Shown: positions 41,301-56,300 of the stretch, piece by piece
Numbering within the stretch: position 1 is the first letter of the stretch
Layout: each line of letters opens with the position of its first letter
Assembly (NCBI RefSeq): GCF_009834535.1
Contig: NC_045696.1
Location: 72,108,001-72,172,000 of the forward strand
Direction of reading: 5' to 3'
Length of the DNA stretch: 64,000 nucleotides
Source of the DNA: Camelus ferus
Taxonomy: Eukaryota
The notes under the pieces: model-generated
Databases searched by the model: none
Told to the model about the DNA's origin: nothing
What the model saw: the letters and a program-made list of their open reading frames with translations, nothing else
Position numbers and translations under genes: made by a program

Positions 41301-44300
41301 TGAAATCATCATATTAGAGTTAAAATTAAGACTTACTACTGGCTCAGGACAAAATAACACTGAAGAAATCAAATTAACTGCGTTCTAATTTGCATAGAAT
41401 AAAACATACCAATTTTAAGTGTGAATTTTGATGTGTTCTGACAAATTTATATACCCATGTAACTACCACCGCAATCAAATTAGAGAACTTCTCTGTCACG
41501 CAAAGTTCTCTTACATCCTTTTCCAGTCAATTCTATCACCTGTACCCTTGTCCTCAGGCAACCACTGATTAGCTTTCTGTGAGTACACATTAGATTTATG
41601 ACAAAATAATAGAAGTATATCCATAGACTGTTATTTTTATTTATAGAAATAATTTTTAAGAATAATTTATACAGTAATAGCATTCCTTAAGTTCAAACCT
41701 CAAATACTGTATCAGTAATAGATTCTAAAATATCTCCATAAAACTCACCTTATAAAAAAAATACTGTACAAGAGTAGCTATTCTAATATAGTAAAAATGA
41801 CCATGAACAAAAAGCAATTTGGAGAGGAATTTAAATCTAGCTATTGCATAGTCACTGTTCCTGGCAGCTTGTCTTCCTTCTTTACCCATGATTCCTGCAA
41901 TAAAGGGGACAAAAAGGCAAATTCATTCATAACTGGTAAGTGTAATTTTCATGATATCTCTGCAAATATCTTAATTATCTACAGAAGTTAAACCTGAACT
42001 TAGGATCACTATGTCCTAAAATACAGCAGACAGATTACCAAAAAGTTGTTCTACTTAAATCAAATATGTAACTAATACAAAGCCACAATAAATACCAAGG
42101 ATGTAACATCAATTTTCAAAGTATTAGAATAAAATAAAATACAATTAATATGAAAATAAAATTAAAAGTTCAGGATCTAAGGAGAACAACTATTTTTAGA
42201 TTAACAAGCACAAAGTACTAGTTAATATATTTCTAATGAAGAGAACACTTTTAACAGCTTTAACTTCACTATTTCCAATGAATATAAAAAATACACAAAT
42301 TGAGTAATTTGCACCAAGCAAAAATGATCATGCTGAACTGTTTTTTGGGTTTTTTTAAATTTATTTTTTTTATTGAAATACAGTTGATATACAATATTGT
42401 GTTACTTTCTGGTGTACAGCAAAGTGATTCAGTTATAGATATAAATGCATATTCTTTTCCATTATGCTTTATTACAGGGTATTGAGTATAGTTCCCTGTA
42501 TGATACAGTAGAACCTTGTTGTTCATCTGTTTTATATAGAGTAGTTTGTATCTGCTAATCCCAAACTCTGAATTTATCTCTCTCCCATCCCCTTTCCCCT
42601 TTGGTAACCATAACTTTGTTCTCCAAGTCTGTGAGTTTGTCTCATAAATAAGTTCATTTGTGTCATATTTTAGATTCCACATATGATATCATATGGTATT
42701 TGTCTTTTTCTTTCTGGCTTACTTAGTATGATAATCTCTCGATCCATCCATGTCACATCAAATGGTATTATTTCATTCTTTTTATGGCTGAGTAGTATTC
42801 CACTGTGCATATGTACCACATATTCTTTATCCACTCACTTGCTGATGGACATTTAGGTTGCTTCTACATCTTGGCTACTGTAAATAGTGCTGCTATGAAC
42901 ACTCGGGTGTACGTATCTTTTTTGAATTACAGTTTTCTCTGGATATATGGCCAGGAGTGGAACTGCTGCATCATATGGTAGGTCTATTTTTAATTTTTTA
43001 AGGATACTGTTCTCCATAGTGGCTGCACCAAATTACATTCTCATCAACAGTGTAGGGGAGAGTTCCCTTTTCTCCACCTCTCTATTTGTTATTTGTAGAC
43101 TTTTTAATGATGGCCATTCTGACCAGTGTGAGGTGGTACCTCACTACAGTTTTGATTTGCATTTCTCTAATAATTACATGCTTAACTTTTAAAACTTTTA
43201 TGCATAAGTCAAAGTGTACCTTTTTAAAAAGAAAAATGTACAATATTTCAGATCAGCACATAATTTTATCTGATAAACATGCATACTTTTTTTTAGGTTA
43301 CAATAATCCTTTAGGTTTCAAAAGAATTACTACCACGTTTGGTTATTCAATGTAGAAGAAGCTTTGATAAAATCATTTTTTCAAAATTAAAAATTTTAAC
43401 TTTTGTCGTAAAAAGATCAAAATGTTCCAAAATGTAAAGACAACCACCTATAGTCACAACTCCTAGAGAAAAATCACTATTTCTGATCTACATCCTTTTA
43501 GAATTTTTTCTTCTGCATATTTCATGTGTGTATATCTAATACATATACAAACAAGTGCATAAACGTGGGATTATTTGTTCTGTAATCTGCTTTTGTCACT
43601 ACATTATTGACATTGTTTATATCATAATCATTTATCTTCTTAAAAGAAATTCTTAGATGCATAATTGCTAGATCAATAGGTATACACCTAAAAATGTTAT
43701 ACATAATAACACAGGGTGTACCAATTTACATTCCCACTAACAACATACACGAGCACTTGCTAATCTATACTTTTGCAAATTCCAGGCTTTATCAATCTTT
43801 GTAATTTTTGCCAATCTCACAGGCAATTTTAACTTACATTCTTTTGATTACTAGTGAGACTGAACACTTTTTTCATGCATTTAGTATTCACTTTAGATTT
43901 TTCCTTTTTGTGACAATTGATGGTTCACATCGTTCAACATATCTCTACTTGGGTGTTTTTCTTATTCTTCTGAATTTGATAAGACCTCACATATTAAGGA
44001 ATATTAAGACTTTGTCATCTATTTTGCAAATATTCTTTCCTGGTTTGTCTTCACAATTTGTTTATGTGGAGTGTTTACTTCTGCCACACATACTGATCTT
44101 TTCCTTTTTAGTTCCTTGTTTTGTCTGGTTTTGTACTTAAAGGATCCTTCCACATCTCAAATAACAGGATTATTTATTAAAATTTCCTATCACCTTTTAT
44201 TATTGCTAAAAATTATTTAAATCTTTAATCCATCTGGAATTGGTTTTGCTATAAGCAATCTAAAAGAACTCACTTCTTTCTTTTCCAAATAATTAACTAG

Positions 44301-47300
44301 TTATATCAGTATTTTTTAAATCAAATAATTTGTTTCCCTATTTATTTGAAACATCTCCTTTGTTATATCTAAATTTCCAGATGTTTGAATCGATTCTATT
44401 CACTAGTCTGGCTGTTACCATATTAGAATCAAACAGTTATAAATACTGTAGATTTCTGTGGTCTAACAAATGGTATACGGAAGTTATCAAATTGTTATGA
44501 AGATCTAAGGGAAAACAACAGTATACATAGTGGAAAGATAATGCAGTTTTCAAAATGAAGAGTTAATTATCCCAAAGAGGAAGAAGCTAATTTGAGAGAT
44601 ACACTAGAAATATTAGACCTGATAACCACCTATCACAGGATAAAAGCAATTCCAGGGTGAGGACTATTTTCTTTTCTAATTCTGAAATTTTATCCTTCAA
44701 CAAAATCTCATACTTTTCTCTTTTGCTTCTGTATTTGTATAATAAAATTAGTGGGGCAGAAAGGTCAGAATATGGTTTAAATATGAAATGACTGATAATT
44801 CAAATATAATAAAGTCATATTAGTATTCTGCATCCAATGAAAACTTTAGGCAAAAATAGTATAGAAATCAGAATAAAGGTTACTAAATTAGAAAATTATT
44901 AAAAAATTTAATTTTTATATTATAGTTTGTTGTAATTTCCTGTCTCTAAAACCATCTTTCAAATAAGTTTCAGAATCTTCAGACTGACAAATAAATAATA
45001 ACAATGTCTAAAACAGGAATTTAAAATCATAAGGGCAATTATGTAAATCACAAACTCAGAGTTTAAAAATGATTTTAAAAAAGCATGAATATACAAAATG
45101 GCATGTAAAAATAACGTCATTTCATTAGGAAGGAGAATTACCAAAGATAAAATTTACTAATGTGGTATTTATTTTCTTGAAAATTTGGAATTAAAATACC
45201 CTAAATATTCGGCTTAATTATAATAGTTTTCTGATGGGGATACAATGAGATATATTACTCTGTTGCACTTAGTTTTCATTTGTATATTTGATAATTGTGC
45301 TTTAGTCTACAAAAGGAAAATTCAAAATCACCAATTATACCAACTTTAAAAGTTCAGAAAAAAAATCAATCACCTATGCCAACATGTGCTTCTTGTATCA
45401 TGCTTACATCATTAGCACCATCACCAACAGCCAGTGTTATAGGTTTCTCAGGTGAGATTTTTATCAGTCTTATTACCTGAAAGACATACAATTAATTAGT
45501 TACAATAAAATTTCAATTTTCTTATATTTATATAAGAAATAAATGTCAGTTATCTGAAATGACTCTGTTGTAAGAAGAGTAGAAATAAAAAAAATTAATT
45601 TTGTTATATAATAATATGCACTGGGGTTCATTTTTTGAGGGGTGTCTCCATTAAGTATTAGGAATGTCTTTTAGAAATGACACAGCAAAACAGAGTACTA
45701 TTTTTGGATTTTATGATGAGAAGCAAGAATCTTTTAAATACAGTTCCATTTATAAAAAGCTTAATAATAATTAAGTTTGTAAAAAGATAATTATACTTAA
45801 TTGAACTTTGTCAGGCAAAATTTTTTCTTTCCCAAGAAAATATTCTTTTCATTTGACACAGAGGAAAGATAATTATTTTCCCTTAAAATAAAATTTTTTT
45901 TAATTGAAAAAGCAATCAAGATTAAATTCAATAAAATCAAAAGAAAGGTTTCTTTGGAATACTTGAATGTACTTTTATAAAGAACCTAGGCATTTGCTCT
46001 GTTTGGTCACTAGTTTTAGTCTCTATAAATTGGGGTACATGGATTATAATAATTAAAATATAGACATTGTAACAAAATTCCATGAAGCTAAAAACAACTA
46101 ATGCATAATTTATTAGATCTATATGAGAAACAATCAGTGTTCCAACATGCATTTCAAAGGACATCCTTGCGTAGAATACAGTTATAAAGTTATCTGTATA
46201 GGCGTCTAATTGAATCATAGTTAGATGAAATTAAAATATTTTCTATATGCAGCTTCATATCACAAGTTAACTGGCTTTACAACTTTTTACTGAAGCTCTA
46301 CTTATCACTTAATAGCCATTTTTAACAAAGAATTATCACTTCATGAGAATGCAAGAATAAGTAAAGATCAACAGAACCACCTGAAGATGCAGAAGAACTT
46401 AAGTCTTACAGGCTCCCTCACTAGTTAAGTAACTAACTTGCAAAACTTTGGTTATCACAATTCAATTTTGTGTCTCAGGAAAATCACTGCTACCCATCAC
46501 ATGGACATTTTTAGCCACAGTGACTTATTTCTAGGTCATTATGAATAGTTGAAACTTCAATATTCACTCTGAAATTTCCAAAGGCCTAATGTACAAGGGT
46601 TAAAATTCGTAATATGAATTACTGCCTTCGAGTCAGATTCATATATTGCATACCACCAAATGGAATCAGATAAGGCATTAACCTTAAAGAATACTTTTAG
46701 ATCTAAATATCTTTATGGGACTTTTTATAGCATAAACATACCTTTGCTTTCTGCAGTGGTGCCATACGACAGCACAGTACAGCTGAACAGTTTCTGCAAA
46801 CTTCCATGAATAGTTTTTCATGCTCCCTGAGTGCAAGAGACAGACTGGTCCCATCTACCACCAGACCATGCTGAATCACATGATCCTCTGTAATTCTAAA
46901 AAGGAAAATAATTATATTTTCTATAAGATACTTTGAAGCCATATTATTTACACTCATTTAGTAAACAAAAGATTCTTACTGAAAGATGGACCATTCATTC
47001 ACTCACAGACTTCACTGTTACAAAACTAGTATCTCAAGGAAGAACTAAGTTGTATTACCTGAAAGTTAAGATTAAGCAGAACTGAGACTAGTATGATGAG
47101 TAAAACAGATGATAATCAATTTTGCAATGAACTGGTATTTAGATAGTTATGAAATATGGAAAAACACCTCACAGTTCTAGCACCTACTAGGTAGCAACTG
47201 CTCATCTCTGTAGCTTCATGTCTCAATACTTCCCACACCTGTTCCCATCTATCCATTCTCTAGTTATACTTAACTACTATCAAGTCATCAAATGAGTCTT

Positions 47301-50300
47301 TTTCTCAGCTCTGGGAATTTGCATACACTGTTCCCTTTGCTTCTTGGTGTTACTCTCTGACCAGTTCACATTTCATCTCAGGAGACAACAGTCATGAATT
47401 CTTCCACAGAGGTAGAGCTTAGCTGTGTAGGCTAAGCTTCCTTCTTCTATCCACTGACAGCCCTCTGTTCTTGCCTCAGTTGTGAGAAGTCTATACAATA
47501 TATTTACTTCTATTTTTCCTACACACTGTAAGTATTCTGAGAGTAAACAATACATTTCATATGACTCCGTTCTGAATGCCTAGATAGGTGACAATTAATA
47601 ATGCTTGTGGAGGAATGGATATACATACTAAGCTTTCAAAGGTAAGGAATTCTTTCCTCTACCCAAGATTTTTAGACTAGATAACTTCCTGAAAAGTCTG
47701 TAAATAAGAATCCAATTGACTTACGTGTATAACTCAGAAAACACATTCCACCAAAAAGATGGTATCTCTAAAATATAATATAAATTTCACATAGCAAGCC
47801 TAAAATTCATTTTAAGATACAACCCTCAATTTATAATACAGCTTTTGCACAAAAAGAGAAATGAACAATATCCATGATCTTAACACTCACTAAAAGCACA
47901 CATACAGAAGATTAAAAAAAATTCTAAAATATGTAAATATACATAAAATAGATATACAAGTTTATACTGTATAGCATAGGAATTATATTCAATATCTTTT
48001 AGTAACTTATGGTGAAAAAGAATATGAAAATGAATATATGTATGTTTCTTTTTTTTATATGTATGTTTCTATATGACCGAAGTACTGTGCTGTACACCAG
48101 AAATGGACACATTGTAAACTGACTACACTTCAATTAAAAAATATACATAAATAATAATTATCTTTAGATGGCTGTATTATATCATTAAGCATCATATCTT
48201 CTTTATAACTGTCAGTATTTTTAAATGAACATTATTTTTATAATCAGGAATAGTATTTTAAAAGGCACATATAAAGTAAATAATTCTCAGCAATTAATGC
48301 CTATGTTTTAGGGAGTTCCTGACATTATCATACTTAAAATTTTAAGTAGCCACAACAGTGATGACACTGCTCCAAAACTGTAGTATAATAATCTAGATAA
48401 ATCACCTTTATGAACTCAAGCAAATACTCCTCAGAGTTGTAATGTCTCTTTAAGACATTCTTCAAATAAGTTTTTCTTTGATGAAATCCAGAGTTTAACA
48501 CCACATCAATGCCAGCATAATAAATGTAAATAAAGCTCTGAATGTACATTGAGAACTCTGGTATTGTCTTTTTGGGTTTTTTTCTGCGTTAATGTCATAA
48601 GACTGCAAAGACAGGAACCTACAGGACATCTAAGGTGCCTACATACAAGCAACCCTGATGCTTACATTGAAGCACTCCTAATTTACTGTGAAAAATTAGA
48701 CTCTGTTAAATGGGGGGCTCCTAGATAAGACTGCTCTCCCTATAAAAAGAAGATTCAGAGAAAAAGAGAATTAAGATAATAAATGCTTATGAAATTTTCT
48801 TTGAACAGTAAAATGCAGATTAATTTCCCAGTTCGGCCATGTGAACTGTATCAGGGGTTGGCACATGTTTTCAGTAAAGTGTCAGAAGTAAATATTTCAA
48901 GTTTTGAGAGCTAAGAGGCTAAAATTGAGGGTATTAGGTAGGCACTTACACTACAAAAGAGGAAACAAACTTTTTCAAGTAAAAAATATAGTAAGAATAA
49001 GTATAAGTTTTTAAAATAATAGAAATCTACTAATGAAAACAGAAATCTTTTTTATGTAGAGGGAAGAACATTTTGATTAACTGGGGTTTAAAGTTAATTT
49101 CTCTTCCTTATCATCAAAATCAATTGCAAATGACCATCTGTTAATGCTGATCTGTAATGAGACTTTATATTTCATTTTTGATTGTCTTTCAAAGAGGTAG
49201 CATATTAAAGCATATTATCACTGAATAATAAACAAAATGCTTTGCCATCTAATTTGATAATAAAATAATCAACACTCCACTGTGCCTTAAGAACATGACA
49301 TTAAAAGTCCATTTTTCTTTTCATGCTTGCACATGATAAGTAAATACTGGTAATAAAAATATCCTAAAATGTCAGTCATATGGCAATATGTGTGGCACTC
49401 AAAACAAGTTATAACTGTGTCGCTGTAATTTGTAATGTATCAAGCAGCAGTGAGAAATAATAAAAGTGTTCATAAGGTCTCTGTTGCAATTACTCAACTG
49501 TGCTGTTATAGTGCAAAAGCCTTCCCTGATGATATATAAACAAATGTGGCTTTGTTCCAATAAAATTTTGTTTACAGGCATTGAACTTTGAATTTCATAT
49601 AAATTTCACATCACAAAATATTACTCTTCTTTGAATTCTTTTTCATTCATCAAAAAGTGTAAAAATTATTTTAAGCTCATAGGCTGTAAACAAAGGGCAG
49701 TGGGCCATATTTGGGACCATGGGCCATAGCTTGCCGCCCCCTGAACTCCATGATCTGGATAATTATTCTTACCTTCTGGCAAGCTGTCTCAATTGTTCAG
49801 CACATTCACTGTCTGATTTCTGGTTTATAAGTTCAAGGATGTTCATGGTTCTGTGAAAATGTCCACATGATAAACTCACACTAACAGCTGTCTCATGTTT
49901 ATCTCCAGTAAGTACCCATACTTTGATACCAGCCATTCTCAATGCTTCAATCGTTTCTCGAACTTTATCTTGTAGTCTGAAAATAAACAAAATTAGTAGT
50001 AGAGAATACTTTTTTGACTGCATTTTAAGTATAAAGCACATAGTACAAGTAAGTAAGGAGTTCTGGACTCCTTAACTTGGGAATATTATAGTACAATAAT
50101 ATAACTGAAAATTTTTTTCCCCATTAGGGAAGAAATAGGAATAACCAGATTGGTGATTGACTAACATAAAATGTACAACTTCAGATTTTAAGAGTGTATC
50201 TTCAAAGTTGATTTTTATAGAACCAACTAACTATATAGTCTTTACAAACTCTTATTTTAGTAGAAAGTCTTAAGTTTCAAATTAGAAGATTTCTCTTTTT

Positions 50301-53300
50301 TTTTTTTTTCTGATAAGAAAATCTCTCATCTCAGTAGTTCAAAAATCAGACCATGGACAATAAAGAACTATAAAACCTCAGTTGAGTCAGAAACCTCATG
50401 AGGACAACTGAAAAGTTGTCCTAGATTTTGTAAAATGCAAGCACCCTTAGATCCAGGGGATAGAGAAAAATATAACAATAGGCTTAATTTGTAGAATTCA
50501 ATTTAGTTCAAGAAACTATGAAACACACATTGGGAGTGATGCTGGGGAACAAAGGCAAAGAATAAACAGACCTCAAGAAATTCACAGGCTAACAGAGGAA
50601 AAAAGTCTTTAAATAAATAATTATACTGTTAAAAGGACAAGAACAGAACTACTTACAACACAGACTTAACAATGAAGAGAATTTTTAATCTATTATGGGC
50701 TAGGAAAGGTCTTCCTGAAATAGGGGTACTATATGGAGTAAATTTTATGAATAGGTATTCACAAATGGATAAGGGAAGAATGATCCAGGCAGAAGGCACA
50801 GCTTTGCCAGAGAACAAAGGCACAAAATACAATAGTTTTAACTATAGTTGTTGTTCAGAGGGGCACTATAGACAGTTTGGCACTGCTGAAAATGTAAAGA
50901 GGAAGTGGGCAGTGGTAGGAGGTGAGTGAGGACTAGGCAGGTGTTTCAAGTCTCTGTACAGCACACTGAGGAGCACAACTATACACAGCTGGATTCTTTC
51001 AACAATTTCAGATGTCTGGCTAGAATAAAAATTGTATATATGGACTGGGAAAAATTAAGGATTTAACTCTATTTTTATTTTAAATATGTTGTCATTATAA
51101 AATGTTAATAAATGGAATCTGTCAAATTCAAAACACCTGGCTAGAAAAATTCTTATGAGAGAAAAATGACATTGCCTGCTTATCTGGTACTTACTTGTCT
51201 TCTACTGCAGTAGCTCCCAGTAATATCAGGTCTTTCTCTATGAACTGGAAGACATCTGCCAATTTCTCTTCCCGCTGCTGCAAGGCAGTCCTGGCTTCAA
51301 ACAGGCGTCTATCTATTTCCTCATACTCTTTAGATGTAAACTGTCTATAGGCCATACATAGAGTTCTTAGCCCTTTCTGAAAAGAAAAATTAAAGACAAA
51401 AATTGAACAAAACTTACTAAATTAAAGACAAAAATTGAACAAAACTTACTAACGGGGAACCAGGAAGTCACTGAAACAAACTGAGGACCCTATTACCAAA
51501 AATCAATTGAAAAAAAGTACTATTATCTAGTGATAGGAAATACATAAACCATCATAAAACCCTAGTCATCTAAGTTATGGGTCACATATCATAGCTCTTC
51601 CAATTTCTGATGAGTTCTTAAAAAGTTGCTCAAAATAATTAAGATTTCTGAATTGTCGAATATTAGCGCCTAGACAGGATCATAAAGACAATCTATCTGT
51701 GATTTTAAAACTGTTCTACCTGGAAAGCCAGAAAGTTCCACAGTGGTACCTTCAGGATTGCCAAGAGATAGGCAGCCCCAGGTTCTACTCTCCTGTTTTA
51801 ATCACTGCAAGCTCATTTTTATCTACTTTGTAAGAATTTTTTTAAGCAAAGGGGACTATAATATCCTGAGGGTTTATGGTACGACAAATTCACAATTTAA
51901 ATAAAGAAGCCTGTAAGGTGGACATTATCAACAATACTTTCTAGAGTCACTGAATGAATGATTTTAAATTATATTATAACATCTTTACTAGTGAACTGGA
52001 ATTACACAAAACTTAGGAATACATACTTGATTATCTGATTCTACTGGGTGCAAATTTTCCTTATGGTGTGAATATCTGAAAGTTGACATCCAAATCTGAA
52101 AGCTTATGAAAGTTCTTTTCCCTAAAACACATTTTCCTCAGAAAAACCTAAAATAAATGTTCTAATAACAGAACTTGGAAAGGGTAGGTTTTAAAATACT
52201 GTATGACACTATTTAGAAGATTTCTAAGTACTGGCATTCCTTTATTTACAAGTGATCCAACTTACGAACACCTATTTTTCTTAAATAAATAGTTAAAGGA
52301 CCATGAGAGTTATTAATGTATGAAATTAATCAATTCATTCTACAACAAACAATTACTGAGTGACAACTACATGTCAGCTTTCTTCCGGATACTAAAATGA
52401 TATAGACCATAAACAATTAAGAGACAAGTAATGGGAGAAAAGAAACCATAAGTAAAGGAGGCAGGTGAGCAGTGGTAAGTATGGAGCATACATTTCAGAA
52501 ATTCAGAAATGAGAGATTATGAAGCCCTAAGACTGAGAGAACTGCTTAATAATTTTCCTCTTCACATAAACTGTGGCATTTTGTTTTTGTGAGATTACCA
52601 GATTCTTCTATATTCTTTCATTAAGAAGGACATAATTCTGGATATAAGCCCAGGAGTGGGATTCCTGGGTCATATAGTAAGTCTACTTCAGGATGACACC
52701 TGCACCCCAATGTTCATAGCAGCATTATTTATAATAGCCAAGACATGGAAACAGCCTAAATGTCCATCAACAGGTGACTGGATAAAGAAGGTGTGGTATA
52801 TTTATACAATGGAATACTACTCAGCCATAAAAACTGACAACATAACACCATTTGCAGCAACATGGATGCTCCTGGAGAATGTCATTCTAAGTGAAGTAAG
52901 CCAGAAAGAGAAAGAAAAATACCATATGAGATCGCTCATATGTGGAATCTAAAAACAAACAAACAAACAAAGCATAAATACAGAACAGAAATAGACTCAT
53001 AGACATAGAATACAGACTTGTGGTTGCCAAGAGGGTGGGGGGTGGGAAGAGATAGACTGGGATTTCAAAACTGTAGAATAAAGAAGATTATACTGTATAG
53101 CACAGGGAAATACATACAAGATCTTATGGTAGCTCACAGAGAAAGGAATGTGACAATGAATATATATATGTTCATGTATAATTAAAAAATTGTGCTCTAC
53201 ACTGGAATTTGACACAACATTGTAAAATGATTATAAATCAAAAAAAAGTTAAAAATAAATAAATAAATAAATCGGATTTCTACTTTAAAAAAAAGGACAT

Positions 53301-56300
53301 AATTCATATATCATAAAATTCACTCCTTTTAAGAGTATATATTTAGTGGTTTTCAGTGTACTCAAAAGTTGTGCAGTCATTATACCTATATAATTCCAGA
53401 CATTTTCATCACTTGCTAAAGGAATCCCATATCTATTAGCATACACTTCCCTTTGACCCCTTCCTCCAGCTCCTGGCAACCACTAATTGCTTTCTGGCCC
53501 TATGAATTTGCTTCTTCTGGGTATTTCATACAAATGGAAATAATGGCCTTTTGTGACTAGCTTCTTTCACTTAGTCAATCTTTCCAAGGTTCACCTATGA
53601 TGCAACATATATCAATACTTCATTTCTTTTAATGGCCAAATAACATTCCACTATATAGCTATAAGACTGTTAAATCCATTCATCAGTTGATGAACATTTG
53701 GGTGTTTCCACTTTTTGGCTATTAGGAATAATGCTGCTAAGAACATTTGGCCACAAGTTTTTGTATGGACATATGTTTTCAACTCTCAGGTGTGTACTTA
53801 GGAGTGAAACTACTGGGTCATATAGTAACTCTGTATTACTCTATGTTCTATGAGAAACTGTCAAACTATTTTCTAAAGTGGCTGTAGCATTTATAGTCCC
53901 ACCAGCAATGAATGGGTGTTCTAGTTTCTCTATGTCTGTGGGATTTTTGTAAATCTCCCTTTTTAATATAGCAATTGGGACTGGTCCTTGCAGTCGTAAG
54001 GGCTCTGACTGTAATGGGTTCAAAGAGAAGACATATTTTAGCAGGTTAAAAATCAATTTTTAACCAAACAATGAGGAGCCAACACATAATGTAATAGAAC
54101 TGTAGAATTTCTATAATTTTTGATAAAACGTTAATGAAAAAATGAAATCCCAAATCTTTCTGAGAGTTTTTTAAGTAAGAGAATTTGCACTCACCAAAGC
54201 AAATTCATCTACATGAATTCTGGTTTTTTCTATTTCTCCACCTATACATTCAGGGAGAATCGATGATTCAGCTCCTTTAACAAATAAAAGCTTCTCACCT
54301 AAAAAGAAAAATGAGTTATTAAGCTCTTAAAATTAGATACAAAAAAATTCATAAAAGTTTAGATTGGTTACCTGAAGGTGCCTGAACAATTACACTCATT
54401 CTTCTACGATCTGAATCAAATTCCAGAACATGAAGCAGTTTGTACCTAAGGGAGAAAAAATAAGAAAGGCAAAATCTTTACTTTTTGAATAAGTGAGTAT
54501 TTGGAAAGAATCCCTATAGATAAAATGGTTAATTCAGAACAAGAAATTAATCTCAACTACGTTTCTCAAGATGATGGATTATGAGTCTTTAATAACAATA
54601 CAAGATAGAAAAAGAAGGAACTGACATTTATTAAGTTCTCACCAAATACCTTATGTACTTTACACACCTTATGTCAATATCCGTGAAAACCAAACGCAGT
54701 AGGTCTTCTACCATTTTACAGATAAGGACTGCTAAACTCAGAAAGACATATTAATTTGCCTAAAGTCAAATAAGCTTGTGAGTGGCAGCACAAGGATTGG
54801 AATCCAGATCAGTCCAGCTCCATGTTGTCCTCACTAAAAAAGGTGACTGATTCTCAACCCTTTTTTCTGCCCAAACATACTTGAGAAATACAAACAAATT
54901 AGTAACAGAGGCTCATTATAGCAGTGATTCTGAACCTAGGACTGGGCACGTAGGGGGAACAAATGCCTCTCTAAAGGGCTGTAAAAGACTGTGTAGATGG
55001 GTTAGGTATGGCTTGAAAAGTCTTCTGGATGAATTTATACAACCATGTACATAAGGCATGTTTTGTACATCTCAAAGAAAAACACTGAGTAGAATGATGG
55101 CTTATAAGTAGATAAAATGAGCTATGCAGGCTCCAAGATAAAAGAAGCCAAAGATTGGGCACTATTAGTTCAGAAAATCATAGTTTGGAAAAGCACAGAT
55201 GTAGCTGAGATGTGGTCAGAATTGATAAAACCATGAAAGGTACGAATAATAACAATGGACTAGTTTATCACAGTGGAAATACTGGAAATAAGAGAGAAGT
55301 TCTTTAAAGGCTAAAAGATAAAATTACAGGAAAGACCTCATGCACGTTAAGTGTGTGCTCTAGCACTTGAGCTATACTCTCCCCCAAGGAAGTTTTTTAG
55401 TGAGTAGAAACTTATGAAACTTATAACTCCAAGAGTGGTAAAAATAAACACATCAATAAATTCGAGAAACATCTAAAATGCAGATGAAAGACTCAGAGCA
55501 TAATATTGTTATTACTCTGATGAGATACAATATTATATTGACATCATTCTAGAGCAAGGATCAGTAAACTTTTTTAAAGGGGCTAGATAGTAACTATTTT
55601 AAGCTTTGAAGGCCACAGATGGTCTCTGTTGCATTTGGTGGGGGAAAACACTTTAAAAATGTAATGTAGTTTGCAGGCTCTACAAAAACAGACTGTAAGC
55701 CAGATTTGGCTTGTGGGTATGCTTTACTGATTCTTGATCTATAGTAAATAATGAATATATAGAAAATTACAATAAAGAAAAAAATTACCGTTCCAGTTTT
55801 CCAAGTGTCTTAACTTCCATAGTTTCTTCAGAACTGCCAATAAATACAATGCCAAATCTAGGGATCAAAAAAAGAAGAAGTATTACGATTTAAAGGATGT
55901 TTCACAATATAACTTAGCTTGAATAAAAATATGTAAAATATAAGTTTAAGATGTATTTTAAAGTATTTCCTTTGAATATAGCATTATTTTTAAGAACCAT
56001 TACTGGGGTTCGCCCTAACAAACTAATAGCCCTAGGTAATCCCTAATCTCACAATAGCTCAGGCTGGTTTGTCTCAGCCCACCCACTGCCCTTCACGGAC
56101 TCTAAACTCCTCACCTCACCCACAGCCAATTAGAGACTTGTGTACAAGATCAGGCACCTTGTGATCCTACCTTACAAAAGACCCCAACAACCAACCCTCA
56201 GGGCTCACACAGGCACCTCTTGCCTTGTGGCCCGCTATTGTCTATGGCAGCATAAACTTTTCTATTCTCAAAAAAAAAAAAAAAAAAAAAAACAGAGAGA

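Noticed and set aside
51387..51452. 32-bp direct repeat of CRISPR-like length
   Set aside because: Two adjacent copies with no spacer, in a mammalian intron with no cas genes
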